Both the position numbers and the translations under genes were made by a program. Source: the human T2T-CHM13v2.0 reference genome, Homo sapiens. Taken from it: 64,000 nt of DNA. The stretch is taken from the NCBI RefSeq assembly GCF_009914755.1, contig NC_060928.1; one strand, written 5' to 3'. The notes under the pieces were generated by a model. It saw nothing but the letters and a program-made list of their open reading frames with translations. It was not told where the DNA came from and did not search any database. This document shows, in pieces, positions 62,084 through 64,000 of the stretch (position 1 is the stretch's first letter; every line of letters starts with the position of its first letter).

Positions 62084-64000
62084 ACAATGAGATCACATGG
62101 ACACAGGAAGGGGAATATCACACTCTGGGGACTGTTGTGGGGTGGGGGGAGTGGGGAGGGATAGCATTGGGAGATATACCTAATGCTAGATGACGAGTTA
62201 GTGGGTGCAGTGCACCAGCATGGCACATGTATACATATGTAACTAACCTGCACAATGTGCACATGTACCCTAAAACTTAAAGTATAATAAAAAAATAAAA
62301 AAGAAAATAAAAAAAAACACACAAAAAAGCTGAATATAGAAGGAATCTACCTCAACACAATAAAAGCCATATACAACAGAATCACAGCTATTATCATACT
62401 GGATGAAGAGAAATTGAATGTCCTTCCTCTAAGAACTGAAACAAGACAAAGATGCATACTTTCACTACTGTTATTCAGCATACTACAGGAAATCCTGGCT
62501 AGAGAAATTACAAAAGAGAAATAAATAAAAGGGCATTAAAATCAAAACAAAAGTCAGATTATTATTGTTTGTAGATATGATCTTAAAAAAACCTAAAAAC
62601 TCTACCAAAAAATTATTAGAACTGATAAACAAATTCAGTAATGTTTAAGATATAAAATCAGCAAATAAAAATCAGTAGCATTTATATATGCCAATGGTAA
62701 ACAATCTGAAAATGAGATCAAGAAAGTTATTCAATTTACAATAACTACAAGTATAAAATATAATACCCAGAAATAAACTTAACCAAAGAAATGAAAGATC
62801 TCTACAATGAAAACTAGAAAACATTGATGGAAAAAAATTGAAGAGGACACAAAAAGTGGAAGATATCCCATGTTCATGGATTGGAAGAATAAATATTGTT
62901 AAAATAATCACACTACTCAAAGCATTCTACAGATTCAATGCAATCCCTATCAAAATACCAATGACATTCTTCATAAAAATAATGAAACACTAAAATTTGT
63001 GTAAAATCAAAGACCAAAATAGCCAAAGCCATCCCGGGCAAAAAGAATAAAACTGAAGAAATCACATTACCTGACTTCAGATTGTACTACAGAGCTATAG
63101 TAACCCAAATATCATGGTATGGGCATAAAAATAGACACATAGATCAATGGAATATAATGGAAAATCCATAAATAAATTCATGCCTCTACAGTTATCTTAT
63201 TTTCAACAATGATGCCAAGAACATACACTGGAGAAAGGACAGTCTGTCCATAAAATGGTGCTGGGAAAATTGGGTATCTATATGCAGAAGAAAAAAACTA
63301 GACTCCTATCTCTCACCATATACAAAAATCAAATCAAATCAAAATGGATTAAACAGTTAAACCTAAGACCAGAAACTTTGAAACTACTAAAAGAATTGGG
63401 GAAGCTCTCCAGGACATTCACCTGGGCAAAGATTTCTTGAATAATCTCTCAACAGCATGAGCAACCAAAACAAAAATGGATAAATGGGATCACATGAAGT
63501 TAAAAATCTTCTACATGGCAAAGGGAATGGTCAAGAAAGTGAAGAGGTAATCCACATAATGGGAGAAAATATATGAAAACTACCCATCTGACAAGGGATT
63601 AATAGTCAGAATTTATAAGGACAACAACTCAAAAGGAAAACAATCTAATAATTCAATTTAAAAGTGAGCAAAAGATCTGAATAGACATTTCTCAAAAGAA
63701 GACATACAAATGGCCAACAGGTATATAAAAATGTTCAACATAATTAATCTTGCTCTAGTTAAAATGGCTTTTATCCAAAAGACAAGCAAATGCTGGCGAG
63801 GATGCTGAGAAAGGGGAACACTTATATACTGTTGATGGTAATGTAAATTAGTATAGCCACTATGAAGAACAGTATAGAGGTTTCACAAAAAACTAAAAAT
63901 AGAACTACCATATGATCCAGCAATCTCATTGCTCAGTAGGTACCCCAAAGTAAAAAATCAGTATATCAAAGAGATATCTGCACTCTCATGTATATTGCAG

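Overview
This is AT-rich, gene-poor, repeat-dense primate nuclear DNA. AluY and L1PA2/3-like elements point to a hominid genome. I can support no host protein-coding gene: every long ORF derives from LINE-1, and the other ORFs are Alu-, microsatellite- or chance-derived. The window holds two full-length but inactivated L1PA elements (32.9-39.2 kb and 56.3-62.3 kb), a 5'-inverted young L1 (16.4-17.7 kb), several old L1M/L1PB fragments and seven Alu-family copies. It also holds MaLR/ERVL LTRs, a degraded ERVL-type provirus (~44.5-51.1 kb), DNA-transposon fossils (Tigger3, Charlie, MER30, MER45), MIR/L2 relics and a U6 snRNA-L1 chimeric retrocopy. I found no new enzymatic or defence system. The most unusual signals are structural. 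(1) A 163-bp copy of an L1's own 3' end, poly(A), TSD and flank sits inside its own ORF2 start, with inverted micro-templated filler. (2) A ~165-bp ancient inverted duplication lies inside the ERVL. (3) A 14-nt 5' extension sits inside the TSD of the young L1. (4) There are perfected hairpins that look like template-switch mutations. Repeat subfamily names come from my recall of consensus sequences and need RepeatMasker/Dfam confirmation.
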